A stretch of DNA of 64,000 nucleotides from Pseudomonas sp. (GCA_033720015.1 JAWWDH010000001.1:38097-102096), one strand, 5' to 3'. Positions 44,896 through 54,435 are shown, counted from the first letter of the stretch. A program made the numbers and translations. The notes: generated by a model from the letters alone, not told the origin.

Positions 44896-46728
44896 TTAAG
44901 CGTTGAATTGAAGGATGGGTAGTCGACCTTTCCGGACATCGCCGCCGGCAAAAATGGCCAGGTACTCAAGGTCTGGCAACTCGCCAAGCAAAGCAGATGG
45001 GAAAAGCTCGCCCTCTTCTTCCATCAGGCGCTCGCCTTGGTTGCCACCCGTGATAACTCCGCCCTCTCCTGCGTTGTTCCCCTGGGTTCGCATCACATAC
45101 TTGAGCCGGGTCATCGGCATCTTCTTGGTGATGAACTCCTGGGTGTCACTGTCGAGAATGCGCAGAGAGATGATGTTGTTGGCGTTCGCCAGTACCTGCA
45201 TGGCCTTGGCTTCATCGCCCATCCGGGCCTTGAAGTCCGCAATGGTCTGGGTCGCGATGTACAGGTTGATGCCAGCCCCGCGGCCCTTGTTGAGCAGCTG
45301 GATCAGCTGGTCATTGATAACCTCTGCAGCCTCGTCGACAAAGATGTTCACCGGACACGGGAGGCGGTGGTTGTAGATTTCACCGGCTGTAGAGGCCAGG
45401 TCAGCCAGGGCCAGGGAACCCAGAGCAGAGCCCACCATCGGGTCTGACAGCGAGTCCAGCCCCATGTAAAGCACCTGGTTGCCATTGATGATGCTGTTCA
45501 TGTCCGAGTAGGGGTCGCCAGCGACCGTGCCGTCTTCGTTCATCTGCGGTGAAAGCAGATCACTCATCCGGCCGGCGGTCAGCATGACTAGGATCGGCAG
45601 CAGACCCGCGATCATCTTGCTGAAGTGCGTGCGCTCATGCTCGAGCATGGTCAGCAGGCCTTCCAGATCCGAGTTGGGTGCGTCGTGGATCAAGTCCGCA
45701 TAGTAGATTTTACGCAAGACCTTAGCTTTGGCCTCAGGGTCTTTGGCCTTGGCCTGGGCAAATGCCTGCTCCATCGTAGCGTCGAAATCCTTCTCGCCGC
45801 GCACCCGGCGGCCGTACTGAGACAGCACACGGATAGTAAGCCCCGGCACGTCCCCTTCCAGGGTGCGGCGCAGGCTCAGTAGGGTTGGCAGCTCCCCAAT
45901 AATCAGCATTGCCTGGATGACGTTGTTCAAGGCCATCATGGCGAACGCCTGGAACGTATCGCCCGATTCCGAGTTCATCAGAACAGCTACGCGGGAAGCC
46001 AGCTCGGTGGCCCGGCCATAGTTGCGGGTGAGCGACAGGCGGATGGACTCTTCAGGGAACCCGGGATGGAAGTATAGGAAGCGCTTGCCTTTCCCCATTG
46101 CTTCACAGGTACGCCGGCAGGTTTCGGCCAAGCCCTTATCGCCCTTCGGGTCAATCACGATTACGGTTTCGCCACGCAGGATGCACTGAGCGATGGCCAG
46201 GTCGAATAGGCGGGTTTTCCCCGCGCCGGTGGTGCCTGTGATCAGCGTATGGATCGAGCGCAAGTCAGCGGGACGCAGGCAAGGGGTTTCCTCGCGCATG
46301 CCCAGGCCGTGCAGCCACTTTGTCCCTTTGACCGTGGGGTCGCGACGACCTTTTTTCCCCAAGATCGAGTCCATATCCCTGGACTGCAACTCGAAAGCGT
46401 ACTGGGCATGTTGCTGACGCCACTGGAACGCTTCCCCGTAGTAGAAGCTCTCTGGGTTCTCCTCCACGATCTTGGCCATGGATTCGACGCTGGTGAAGGT
46501 CAGCGGCATCCCGTAAAGGGACTTTTTCGCACGTTGCACACGAAGCGCACGGGGTAACGCGGCCAGTGCGAAGCCTGCTTGGACGCCTACGGTGATCAGA
46601 TAAGGGGTCATCGGCATGCCGGCCAAGGCCTGCACAGCAGTGCTGGCCACCATTGATGCTCCCCATGCCCCTACCTCTCGCGCTTCGTAGTTTGTGCGCC
46701 ATAGGCTGGTGTAATTCCATTCGCTCAT
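44896..46728 (-). CDS. traD: Type IV coupling protein TraD
   Basis: N-terminal WRTNYE; GTTGAGKTR; IVIDPKGD; FVDEAAE; KGRGAG. Confidence 0.97.
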   Translation of the reverse strand: MSEWNYTSLWRTNYEAREVGAWGASMVASTAVQALAGMPMTPYLITVGVQAGFALAALPRALRVQRAKKSLYGMPLTFTSVESMAKIVEENPESFYYGEAFQWRQQHAQYAFELQSRDMDSILGKKGRRDPTVKGTKWLHGLGMREETPCLRPADLRSIHTLITGTTGAGKTRLFDLAIAQCILRGETVIVIDPKGDKGLAETCRRTCEAMGKGKRFLYFHPGFPEESIRLSLTRNYGRATELASRVAVLMNSESGDTFQAFAMMALNNVIQAMLIIGELPTLLSLRRTLEGDVPGLTIRVLSQYGRRVRGEKDFDATMEQAFAQAKAKDPEAKAKVLRKIYYADLIHDAPNSDLEGLLTMLEHERTHFSKMIAGLLPILVMLTAGRMSDLLSPQMNEDGTVAGDPYSDMNSIINGNQVLYMGLDSLSDPMVGSALGSLALADLASTAGEIYNHRLPCPVNIFVDEAAEVINDQLIQLLNKGRGAGINLYIATQTIADFKARMGDEAKAMQVLANANNIISLRILDSDTQEFITKKMPMTRLKYVMRTQGNNAGEGGVITGGNQGERLMEEEGELFPSALLGELPDLEYLAIFAGGDVRKGRLPILQFNA

Positions 46729-46731
46729 CGC

Positions 46732-49158
46732 TTACTCCTGACCTTCAACGCGGAAGTAGTACTTTTTGTCACGACCGACTTTTATGCCTTCGAGGCAATA
46801 GAAAATGGCGGTTTCAACTGCTTCAAAGTCGACACCCATGACTTCCATGGTTTTGTGGAGCTTTCCAAAGCTGATCGAGTAGATGCCCTCGCCTTTGGCC
46901 GGCTCTGCGATAGCGACACCGCGGAGGGCTTCGGCGATAGGTGCGGAAGTGGCTCTAAGCTCAGGAGACAGGGTTTCGCTACAGGCCGGCTGCCACTGCG
47001 CCTTGGTCAGCCGGCAATAAATCAGGGACAACTTCTTGCTCGCCAGGAAACCCGTGACATGCCGGAGCGTGCGAGTGCGCTCATCTTCAGCATTTGAAAA
47101 ATCGCGCCAGAGCCAGCCGGAAGCCTCTAATTCCGGAAGGTCAACCTCGGAAATGCCGCCGACCAAGGGGATAAACGCCTTGTTGCGCACCGCGCGAATC
47201 TGACTGTTGGTGGCGAATTCGTTGAGCAAGCGACTAGCCAGGTCAGTGTTCACGCTCAGGAATTCAATCTCCTCTTGCTTGAGCTTGCCCTTGAACTTCT
47301 CGGGAATATCGAGAGCCGATGCCTGAACAGCCTTAGCTGTAGCGGCCGGCTTAGGTTGCTCTTTTTTCTGCTTGACTGGCTTTTTCAGCGTGATGTCGTC
47401 GACCTGCAGCTTGAACCCCTTCTGCGCGAACTCGGCAAGGGTGTCGTCCTCGGTTTCATCGACTGCTGTCGCTGGCTCGCTCTCTGCAACCGTAGCGGGC
47501 TCGGTAGCTTCAGCTTTGACCTCAGGGGTTCCACCGTTCAGATCCATCAGCATGTTAGTCAGGGTGTCATCGTCCATGTTGGCCAGGTCGATATTCTGAT
47601 CATCCGCCTCTTCCGTCTCAGCAGGCTCACTCGGTAGTGCCGGTCCGTTAGCGACCAACTTGATACCGGCGGCGCGGGCGGCTAAGTCTGGCGCCAGCGA
47701 AACCCCTCTGCGCTCAACTGCAGGGGCAGGCCCCTGGCGATTATCTTTCTTCGGCTTCTCTGGGCCGCCTGCTTGGTTCTGAGCAAGTGCAAACAGATCG
47801 TTCTGCCCGGACTTTTGGCCTTCCTTCGCCACCACGGCGCGGATCTTCTCGTCTTCCTCGGTCAGGTAATCCTTGGCCTGCTCATCCCGGCCAATGGTTA
47901 CCGAAACCGCGGAAACGGAACCGAGCACCGAGGGGAAAACGCCGTCTGGGTTTTTCAGTTTGACGCAGCGGATAGCTGGCCCTTTCCCGTTCTTTTGCAG
48001 GGCATGGGGCGCGACAAACCAGACGGAGGTGCCATCGGGGGCTTTCTCAATCAACTCGCGCTCGGTCATGGCGGCGAGCAGGCTGATCTCACCCCGCGGG
48101 AAGCCGCCTACCTTGTCTTTGACCACCTGCTGGATGATGTCGTCTGAACCGGTATTCCAGACCAGGAACAGGCCCTGCGTGCTCTTCCAGAGTCGAGAGC
48201 CAGGGGTATTGAACGTCCACTTACCCTCATCGAGCAGGGCGCGCATGGCATCGACGCACAGGCGCTGAATTGGAACGCCGGTGGTGGCCTCCCCTTCGCT
48301 GCTACCGGAACGCTCGCGGTCAGCCTTAACAGAGCGGCTATCCGCAATCTTCACAGCTTTGGTCAGAGGGCCAGGCTCGTCATTGGTGGCATCGAGAAGG
48401 GCCTGCCAAATATCCTCACCGCCATCAAAAAGCCACTCACGGATCTTGGTAGTTACAAATGTGCCAATGAGAACAGATGTGTGGGCAAGGTGCTTGTCTT
48501 CCCTGTTCTTAACCCAGGTAAGGAAATATCTGGTGATGTTGTTGGCAACTGCCCACTCGTGGATGGTCTTGGTGCCCATGTTCCACTTCTGGCTCCCATC
48601 GAAGGACATGACCCGAACATCGGTCAGGGGCTTACCGGAGTCGTGGAACAGTGCCGCGATGATCCCCGCGACATACCAGCGCCGCAGTCGCTTACTGGCC
48701 TGGCCAGGGGTCAACTCGTGGTCGAACTTGGTCATCACCATCCAGTCGAGCATGAAGCACGCTGTTTCCAGGCCATGCCGCAACAGGCCGCCTGGTGTGT
48801 TGTGGTGATGGTGCTCGGACGCCGGCAGCAGATGCACAAGCTCTGCATAGGCGATGATGATGGGCTCAAGGTAGTGCTCAAACTCATGCGGAGAGAGGCC
48901 GGACTGAATTTCGAGCTTATCCATCAGCTTGCCCTGGAACTTACGCATGCAGAACTCGCCCGAGATCAGGCCGTAGTAGCCATCGTGGTAGGGAGGGTTG
49001 CGCAGGTAGGTCGGGTCACCGAGGGCACGCAACAACTCCTCGGGAATGTTCTTGTACGCAGGGTGCTCGAACCTTGGATCAACCAGCGGCGCAAGTAGCT
49101 TGCTGCGCGTAGGCTTGCGCGACGGGAACAGAGCCTTCAGGGCTGCGAAAAATGGCAT
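46732..49158 (-). CDS. traI: MOBH (HD-domain) relaxase TraI
   Basis: LLPASEHHHH..PGGLLRHGLE; ALFHDSGK..TD; ADSRSV. Confidence 0.95.
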   Translation of the reverse strand: MPFFAALKALFPSRKPTRSKLLAPLVDPRFEHPAYKNIPEELLRALGDPTYLRNPPYHDGYYGLISGEFCMRKFQGKLMDKLEIQSGLSPHEFEHYLEPIIIAYAELVHLLPASEHHHHNTPGGLLRHGLETACFMLDWMVMTKFDHELTPGQASKRLRRWYVAGIIAALFHDSGKPLTDVRVMSFDGSQKWNMGTKTIHEWAVANNITRYFLTWVKNREDKHLAHTSVLIGTFVTTKIREWLFDGGEDIWQALLDATNDEPGPLTKAVKIADSRSVKADRERSGSSEGEATTGVPIQRLCVDAMRALLDEGKWTFNTPGSRLWKSTQGLFLVWNTGSDDIIQQVVKDKVGGFPRGEISLLAAMTERELIEKAPDGTSVWFVAPHALQKNGKGPAIRCVKLKNPDGVFPSVLGSVSAVSVTIGRDEQAKDYLTEEDEKIRAVVAKEGQKSGQNDLFALAQNQAGGPEKPKKDNRQGPAPAVERRGVSLAPDLAARAAGIKLVANGPALPSEPAETEEADDQNIDLANMDDDTLTNMLMDLNGGTPEVKAEATEPATVAESEPATAVDETEDDTLAEFAQKGFKLQVDDITLKKPVKQKKEQPKPAATAKAVQASALDIPEKFKGKLKQEEIEFLSVNTDLASRLLNEFATNSQIRAVRNKAFIPLVGGISEVDLPELEASGWLWRDFSNAEDERTRTLRHVTGFLASKKLSLIYCRLTKAQWQPACSETLSPELRATSAPIAEALRGVAIAEPAKGEGIYSISFGKLHKTMEVMGVDFEAVETAIFYCLEGIKVGRDKKYYFRVEGQE

Positions 49159-49222
49159 GTGATGTATCCACCAGTTAAGTGGGCACATGATCCCGAAAGC
49201 AGCTCGCCTTAGGTTCTCTAAA

Positions 49223-49241
49223 CCGACCAGATTTTGGTAAT
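49223..49241 (-). promoter_or_regulatory. Transfer-regulon box upstream of traI
   Basis: CCGACCA-GATTT-TGGTAAT; -10-like GATCAT 31-36 nt downstream; 64 nt to ATG. Confidence 0.8.
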
Positions 49242-49267
49242 AAAAAAACCCGGCCAGAGGCCGGGTT
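49242..49267 (-). terminator. Intrinsic terminator after exo
   Basis: AACCCGGCC-tct-GGCCGGGTT followed by a T-run. Confidence 0.85.
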
Positions 49268-49271
49268 GGGG

Positions 49272-50306
49272 TCAGAAGGTGAAAACGCCTGCTACAAGCA
49301 GTGTGTGCGAGTCCACCTGGCCATCAGCTTGCCGAGGGGTCGGCATTACTTCTGGCTGGTAATTGCTGAAATCGAACTCCGTGTTCACGGAAACCCGTGT
49401 AGCGGTGTGCGAGTCAGCACGGTGTTGCTCGATCACGTCAGCTGGAATCTGTGGGTCGAGGCTTTCAGCCACGCCCTTCCAGTTCACCCGACCTTCAACA
49501 TCGTACCGACTGATGCGAATCCCAAACGCATCAGCGCGTTTGAAATCACCCATCAACTCAAGTAGGCGATCGTCCATTTCTTTGGCGTCCGCCTGTATCT
49601 TGACCAGCAGTTTCTTAGCCTCCGCAATTTTTTGCTCTGTGTCGCGACGCGCTGCAGCAATGATTCGCCAACGATCCAGATCCAACATGCTGTGTGGGAT
49701 GAAATCGCGCTCAGGATCGGCTTCCGGCGGCGTAGCCGTGGTTACCAGATTCCAGAACGCAGCTTCAGCTTTGATGATCCTCTTAACCAGCAGGTCATCA
49801 CGCTCTACCACTAGGCAGATCGGTTCATGCTTGGGTGACCAGCACCAGAGGTATCCCCGTTGCGCGCCACTGACAATCAGCTGATGCGTCAGCTGCCAGC
49901 GGTACAGCAGGTATGCCTTGGACTTGTCACGATTGGTTAGCACATCCAGGTGGTTGTCATCGGAGAGGTTTTTAATCTCCACCGGCGAGCCATCTGCAAT
50001 CACGCCATCGAACGAAGCCCGAATGAACGGATGTTCGGTGGACTCTGCGCAGAATGGCAGGCCAACCTGACCGTACTTATCCTCGAACGCCTGCAGGGCC
50101 AGAGGCTCGAACTTAACCCCACGCCGAACCTGGGGAATGCACCCCAAGTCAGGTGGCGTGTCGATGCCAACCAACTCCCGCCACAGCTCCAGAGGCGTCT
50201 TGTCCGGGTTTTCACCCATGATGATCGCGCAACTGGTTGCGCTCACACCTTCACGACGCCACTGATGCCACTCAGGTGAACGCTGGGCGATATCAACGAC
50301 TTTCAT
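49272..50306 (-). CDS. exo: YqaJ/lambda-Exo family 5'-3' exonuclease
   Basis: QRSPEWHQWRREGVSAT; RASFDG; VEIKN; QLTHQL. Confidence 0.92.
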   Translation of the reverse strand: MKVVDIAQRSPEWHQWRREGVSATSCAIIMGENPDKTPLELWRELVGIDTPPDLGCIPQVRRGVKFEPLALQAFEDKYGQVGLPFCAESTEHPFIRASFDGVIADGSPVEIKNLSDDNHLDVLTNRDKSKAYLLYRWQLTHQLIVSGAQRGYLWCWSPKHEPICLVVERDDLLVKRIIKAEAAFWNLVTTATPPEADPERDFIPHSMLDLDRWRIIAAARRDTEQKIAEAKKLLVKIQADAKEMDDRLLELMGDFKRADAFGIRISRYDVEGRVNWKGVAESLDPQIPADVIEQHRADSHTATRVSVNTEFDFSNYQPEVMPTPRQADGQVDSHTLLVAGVFTF

Positions 50307-50901
50307 CGCCGACCTCCTCAGCGAACCCCAACCGCACAATGTCACCATATTTCTGCGCCGGCCCTTTCAACTCACGGATCTGCGCGCAGAGCTTCAAATC
50401 GGCAAACATTTGAGTCCGCTTCAGACCAGAGGCCTTGTAAAAGCCCTTGCCGAAGTTGCTTCCTTCTTCGCGCACACAGACGTAGCCGATACCATCGAGC
50501 TCAACCTTGCGGCGCTGGTCAGCCTTAGCCAGTAAGCCTTGAACACGCTCATCGAACGCGCCAACAGCTTCCCGGTAGGCCTTCCCTGTTTCGTAACCCA
50601 GAGAGTGAAGCCCATTGCAAAGAGCTTCGAAGCGCGCCTTGAGCAGGGTTTCAGTCTTTGCATGGAATACCTTGAGCTGCTCAGCGTACTGATCACCCCA
50701 GGCAACAAGCTCAGCCTTTTCAGCATCGCCAATCCCTTCCAGGAGTGGGCTTTCTGGCCAGTAGGTCAGATCACTGTAGGCGCTGAACTTTTCCAGGTGC
50801 TTCTTGCTGCGAATATCAACGGCCATTTCAGCCCCCTGGTGTTCGCAGATTGCTTCACATGCAGCGTGGTAAGCCACGCAGGCGTCAGCGAAAGTTTTCA
50901 T
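50293..50901 (-). CDS. Hypothetical protein
   Basis: AGGAG RBS; overlaps the exo start. Confidence 0.7.
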   Translation of the reverse strand: MKTFADACVAYHAACEAICEHQGAEMAVDIRSKKHLEKFSAYSDLTYWPESPLLEGIGDAEKAELVAWGDQYAEQLKVFHAKTETLLKARFEALCNGLHSLGYETGKAYREAVGAFDERVQGLLAKADQRRKVELDGIGYVCVREEGSNFGKGFYKASGLKRTQMFADLKLCAQIRELKGPAQKYGDIVRLGFAEEVGDESR

Positions 50902-50970
50902 CTCTATTCTCCTTTCTGGTTAGTTCACCACCCAGGCCAAAACACCCAAGGCGGAACCCAGAAAGGGCAA

Positions 50971-51002
50971 ATCCCCAGAGGGGGTATTGCCCCCCTGGGG
51001 AT
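50971..51002 (-). promoter_or_regulatory. GC hairpin-RBS module, copy B
   Basis: ATCCCCAG(A)GGGGG-tattg-CCCCCCTGGGGAT on the plus strand. Confidence 0.55.
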
Positions 51003-51021
51003 TGGTTTTCCAGTTACTTTC

Positions 51022-51285
51022 TCAACTGGATATACCCTTGCGCACAAGGCTCAGGGCTTCGATTTTGTCTGCTCCAAGCATCTCGTCTCTCTTATCGATG
51101 CCTGGAGCTATTTTTGCCACCTTGAACAGGCGGCAGGTTTCAGCAGTGACTGCCCAATGCTCATCGCCGTGCCTGCTGAGTAGCTGGCTGAACAGCCTGG
51201 CCCCGCAAATTTGCGGGGTCTGACCGAACACAGCGATACAGCGATTGAGCGATCGCCCGTACTTCAAGATCGCCATGTAGCTCAC
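51022..51285 (-). CDS. Hypothetical protein
   Basis: 87 aa; 4-nt overlap with the upstream gene. Confidence 0.55.
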   Translation of the reverse strand: MSYMAILKYGRSLNRCIAVFGQTPQICGARLFSQLLSRHGDEHWAVTAETCRLFKVAKIAPGIDKRDEMLGADKIEALSLVRKGISS

Positions 51286-51815
51286 GCGACCTCCTGGTAC
51301 TGCTGCTTGATTTCATCAGCGCGGCGGTTAGCCTCCTCCCAGCTCATCTGCCCAGCATTGCAAGCCTGGATGATTGCTGTGATTTGGCTGCCACGCTGCC
51401 AGTCACGAGTGACGCACAGACGGTCGAGCGCCCCCTGATCGAGGACGGTGTATCCATCGTCAAGCATGTCCCCCAAGCAAAGCTCAGGGGTGTCATGCGT
51501 GCAGTGCCCGGTGAACCCGTCCCGCTGGAATTGTGTCCAACGGTATCGGCCCGGCCCTGATGCATCCTCTGTGAGAACGCCCCAGGCATCACGGTCTTGG
51601 TGTTTAAGCGTCAGGCCAAGCCCGTGCGCAGCGAACAGACCGAACAGCAATTCCAGGGAGGAAATTTTCCCCTGAATCCAGCTGATCAGCTCATCCGCCA
51701 AACAGGCAAAGCCTTCTCCCGTTTCTTTCGCAGCCAGCCAATCGGCAAGCGACTCACGCAGCGACTCAAGCGTTGAAGGAACCATGTCGCCCTCCTTCAC
51801 TCTTGTCGGCTGCAA
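51282..51815 (-). CDS. Conserved plasmid hypothetical protein
   Basis: 177-aa ORF; start may be ATG 51785. Confidence 0.65.
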   Translation of the reverse strand: MQPTRVKEGDMVPSTLESLRESLADWLAAKETGEGFACLADELISWIQGKISSLELLFGLFAAHGLGLTLKHQDRDAWGVLTEDASGPGRYRWTQFQRDGFTGHCTHDTPELCLGDMLDDGYTVLDQGALDRLCVTRDWQRGSQITAIIQACNAGQMSWEEANRRADEIKQQYQEVA

Positions 51816-51948
51816 GACCCGGGAACCCGTTCAACTCCTTCTGTGCCATCTGGACAGCTTGATTGAAGCTGTAAGCCTGACACTGGTACCGGGTGTATTC
51901 CTTGGTCTGTTTGTTAAACATCGCCAGGATGTAAGTACGCATTTTCAT
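51766..51948 (-). CDS. Small hypothetical protein
   Basis: AGGAG RBS downstream of hairpin C. Confidence 0.55.
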   Translation of the reverse strand: MKMRTYILAMFNKQTKEYTRYQCQAYSFNQAVQMAQKELNGFPGLAADKSEGGRHGSFNA

Positions 51949-51978
51949 TTCTCCTTCTCATCCCTGAAACGGAGCTAT

Positions 51979-52004
51979 CCCCTGTGGGGAAATGCCCCAC
52001 AGGG
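51979..52004 (-). promoter_or_regulatory. GC hairpin-RBS module, copy C
   Basis: CCCTGTGGGG-aaatg-CCCCACAGGG perfect stem. Confidence 0.6.
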
Positions 52005-52025
52005 TTGTTTGTTTGAGCTGAAGCC

Positions 52026-52070
52026 TTACGGCAGCAGCAGAGTCAGGATCAGGACGATGATGTCGGCCAT
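52026..52070 (-). CDS. Putative 14-aa hydrophobic peptide MADIIVLILTLLLP
   Basis: GAGG RBS; located between hairpins D and C. Confidence 0.35.
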   Translation of the reverse strand: MADIIVLILTLLLP

Positions 52071-52080
52071 TTCGCTATCC

Positions 52081-52323
52081 TCATTGATTGCCAACAGCTG
52101 CCCTATGCAGGGGTAGCCCCGGCATAGGGTTGGTTGGATGCTCGGGGTTGTCCCATACAGCAAGACATTCCGAGCAGATTTTATTTCTGTAGATGCGGTT
52201 CTCAAGCAACTTGACGTTGGGGTGAGAGACATCTTCACCCCTGTCAAACACCCTGGATCGCGATTGGCCGCAGAACGTCGCGCCGGCCATGAAACCATTG
52301 ATCGACAGGTGCGCCATGATCAC
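52081..52323 (-). CDS. Small hypothetical protein
   Basis: 4-nt overlap with the bet stop; CSEC motif. Confidence 0.45.
   Translation of the reverse strand: MIMAHLSINGFMAGATFCGQSRSRVFDRGEDVSHPNVKLLENRIYRNKICSECLAVWDNPEHPTNPMPGLPLHRAAVGNQ
52101..52129 (-). promoter_or_regulatory. GC hairpin-RBS module, copy D
   Basis: CCCTATGC(A)GGGG-tag-CCCC(G)GCATAGGG. Confidence 0.5.
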
Positions 52324-53462
52324 TCCCCATTCGCTGCAGCTTCGTACTGAGCGGCACGCAACAAACGCAGAGCGTAGTCACGAGCTTCTACAGGCCAAGC
52401 AGAGACGTATTCGATGGCGGCTTGCCAGCCACCGGATGCACGCGCACGCTTGAGCACCTCCTGGGCTTTGGCGATCACCTTGGGCGGAAGATCCGCTTCA
52501 GTGGTCGCTTGAGCGTGGGTAGGTGCAGGTTGTTCAGCAGCTTCCGCTTGTGCCTGGACAGGCTCAGCGTTTTCCACCAACTCGCCATTGATCGGCTCCG
52601 GTTCAGCTTCAGTTGCAGGGTCTGCCGCAGCTTGTGTCCCGGCCTGGTTAGAGGTCGGCAGCGGCTGGGATTCGTCCACAACTTCAGCAGCACCCATGTA
52701 GCGCTCAACCACGGAAGCAGGCACATCGTGAGAGGCAAAGCCTTCGCCTGCAGCTGTGTTGAGGTACTGGATAACCGTGTCGAGCTTTTCACCGACCTGG
52801 GGCCAGTATTTTTTGGCGATCTTGATGCCGGACTTCTTGCGCATGGAATCTTCGAAGTCGAGCCAAGGGCCTTTCTTCTTCCGTTTCCACAGCTCGCTGG
52901 CATCACGCGCCTTGTAGATTTCGGCAGCCGTAACCGCCTCCACATGAACGCGACCATCCGGCAGCGTGACTTCGACGTAGACACCGCGGAATTCACCGCG
53001 CTGCTCCTTCAGATCGAAGGGGTCGAACTCATGAACAGGGCTGTGACGCTTGCCTTTGTACTGGAACGTGTCCAGCGAGTAGACCAGCTCCACGATGCAA
53101 TCCCTGATCGCGCCATCGTTCACGGCAGTCTTGATCATGCCCTTGTAGGACACATCCAAGATCACCTGCCCCTCGCGAGGCACCAGGTAACACAGACCCC
53201 GGGCGGGGTTCAGTGTCAGGCCGCAAGCGGCAACCTGGGAGAACGCATTTCGAAGGCTCAGCGGGTTGTTGATTGCAGTGGTACACAGGTAATCGTTATT
53301 CATCATCGCTTGAGATGCATAAAGCATCTCTTGCTTGAATACGACATCCGTGTTGGCCGCTTTAACCAACTCCATGAACTTCATTTCCTGCTTAGCAATA
53401 ATTGCCACGGCGTTTTGGAATTTTTCACTCATCTTAATTATCCCTTCAAAGAAAAAGCGCAC
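52320..53462 (-). CDS. bet: RecT/Bet single-strand annealing protein
   Basis: FKQEMLYASQ; QVAACGLTLNPARGLCYLVPR; DVSYKGMI; M..KS.IK.A.KYWP; true start probably ATG near 53432. Confidence 0.9.
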   Translation of the reverse strand: MRFFFEGIIKMSEKFQNAVAIIAKQEMKFMELVKAANTDVVFKQEMLYASQAMMNNDYLCTTAINNPLSLRNAFSQVAACGLTLNPARGLCYLVPREGQVILDVSYKGMIKTAVNDGAIRDCIVELVYSLDTFQYKGKRHSPVHEFDPFDLKEQRGEFRGVYVEVTLPDGRVHVEAVTAAEIYKARDASELWKRKKKGPWLDFEDSMRKKSGIKIAKKYWPQVGEKLDTVIQYLNTAAGEGFASHDVPASVVERYMGAAEVVDESQPLPTSNQAGTQAAADPATEAEPEPINGELVENAEPVQAQAEAAEQPAPTHAQATTEADLPPKVIAKAQEVLKRARASGGWQAAIEYVSAWPVEARDYALRLLRAAQYEAAANGE

Positions 53463-53539
53463 CCTGGGGCGCGCTTTTATTTGCTACCTAGTTGCAGTTA
53501 GTTCAGAAAACAATGCCTGTTAGGAATTGTTATTCCTCG

Positions 53540-54022
53540 CTAAAAGGGGATGTCGTCATCGAAGCTATCGTAATTCTGCGCGGGGGCCGGAGCCGAAGCC
53601 TGTTGACGATTATTTTGCTGCTGGGGACGCTGCTGGTTTTGTCCTTGCGGACGATTGTTACCAGAACCGCCATCCTGCTGCTTACCGCCGAGCAACTGCA
53701 TCGTGCCGTTGATATCAACCACGATTTCCGTGGTGTAGCGCTTGATACCATCCTTTTCCCACTCACGAGTTTGAAGTTTGCCTTCGATATAAACTTGCGA
53801 GCCCTTTTTGAGGTACTCACCAGCAATCTCAGCAACTTTCCCGAAGAGGGATACACGGTGCCACTCGGTTTTTTCTTTTTTCTCACCAGATTGTTTGTCA
53901 GTCCAAGCTTCACTGGTTGCGAGAGACAGGTTGGTTACCGCATTGCCGTTGGGCATATAACGGACTTCCGGATCTTGTCCGCAAGTACCAACCAGGATCA
54001 CTTTGTTTACGCCACGAGCCAT
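53540..54022 (-). CDS. ssb: Single-stranded DNA-binding protein
   Basis: [12 protein letters not shown]...DPEVRY; C-terminal FDDDIPF. Confidence 0.97.
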   Translation of the reverse strand: MARGVNKVILVGTCGQDPEVRYMPNGNAVTNLSLATSEAWTDKQSGEKKEKTEWHRVSLFGKVAEIAGEYLKKGSQVYIEGKLQTREWEKDGIKRYTTEIVVDINGTMQLLGGKQQDGGSGNNRPQGQNQQRPQQQNNRQQASAPAPAQNYDSFDDDIPF

Positions 54023-54058
54023 ATCAATTCTCCATTCGAAGATAATACGGGGCGACGT

Positions 54059-54097
54059 AAACCCCGGTCGGGGAATAGCGTAGCCCCGAGTGGGTTT
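54059..54097 (-). promoter_or_regulatory. GC hairpin-RBS module, copy E, upstream of ssb
   Basis: AAACCCACTCGGGG-ctacgctatt-CCCCGACCGGGGTTT. Confidence 0.55.
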
Positions 54098-54350
54098 CAT
54101 TTTCTGATGATTGAGTTGCTTTTATCAGACGGCCAACTTACCGACCATACGCCGAAGCGTATGACTAAATCGAACTGCGCATGCAGATCGACTTAATAGG
54201 AGGAATTCTTGAGTGGGGCTTGCCCAGGGCCGCGCAGTGAGGGTCACGCGCTGGCAGAAGATTGACGCCATTGAGACGTGGCTAAATCTTAGCCTTGCTT
54301 CAATCGCCATTGCAAGCCTTGGCCTGCGTCAAAGTCGACGGAAGGTTTAT

Positions 54351-54369
54351 CTGACCAATTTCTTGCACA
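54351..54369 (+). promoter_or_regulatory. Transfer-regulon box (degenerate) upstream of the lipoprotein-DsbA operon
   Basis: CTGACCA-ATTTC-TTGCACA, nearly identical to the mobI copy; -10-like CAGAAT 31-36 nt downstream; 66 nt to ATG. Confidence 0.6.
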
Positions 54370-54435
54370 TTTGGCCGGCACAGCAGCTGCCCAGATAGAC
54401 AGAATACGCTCGACCAACCGTCTGAGGATTACCCC

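Noticed and set aside
52422-53501. 359-aa plus-strand ORF
   Set aside because: Antisense shadow of bet.
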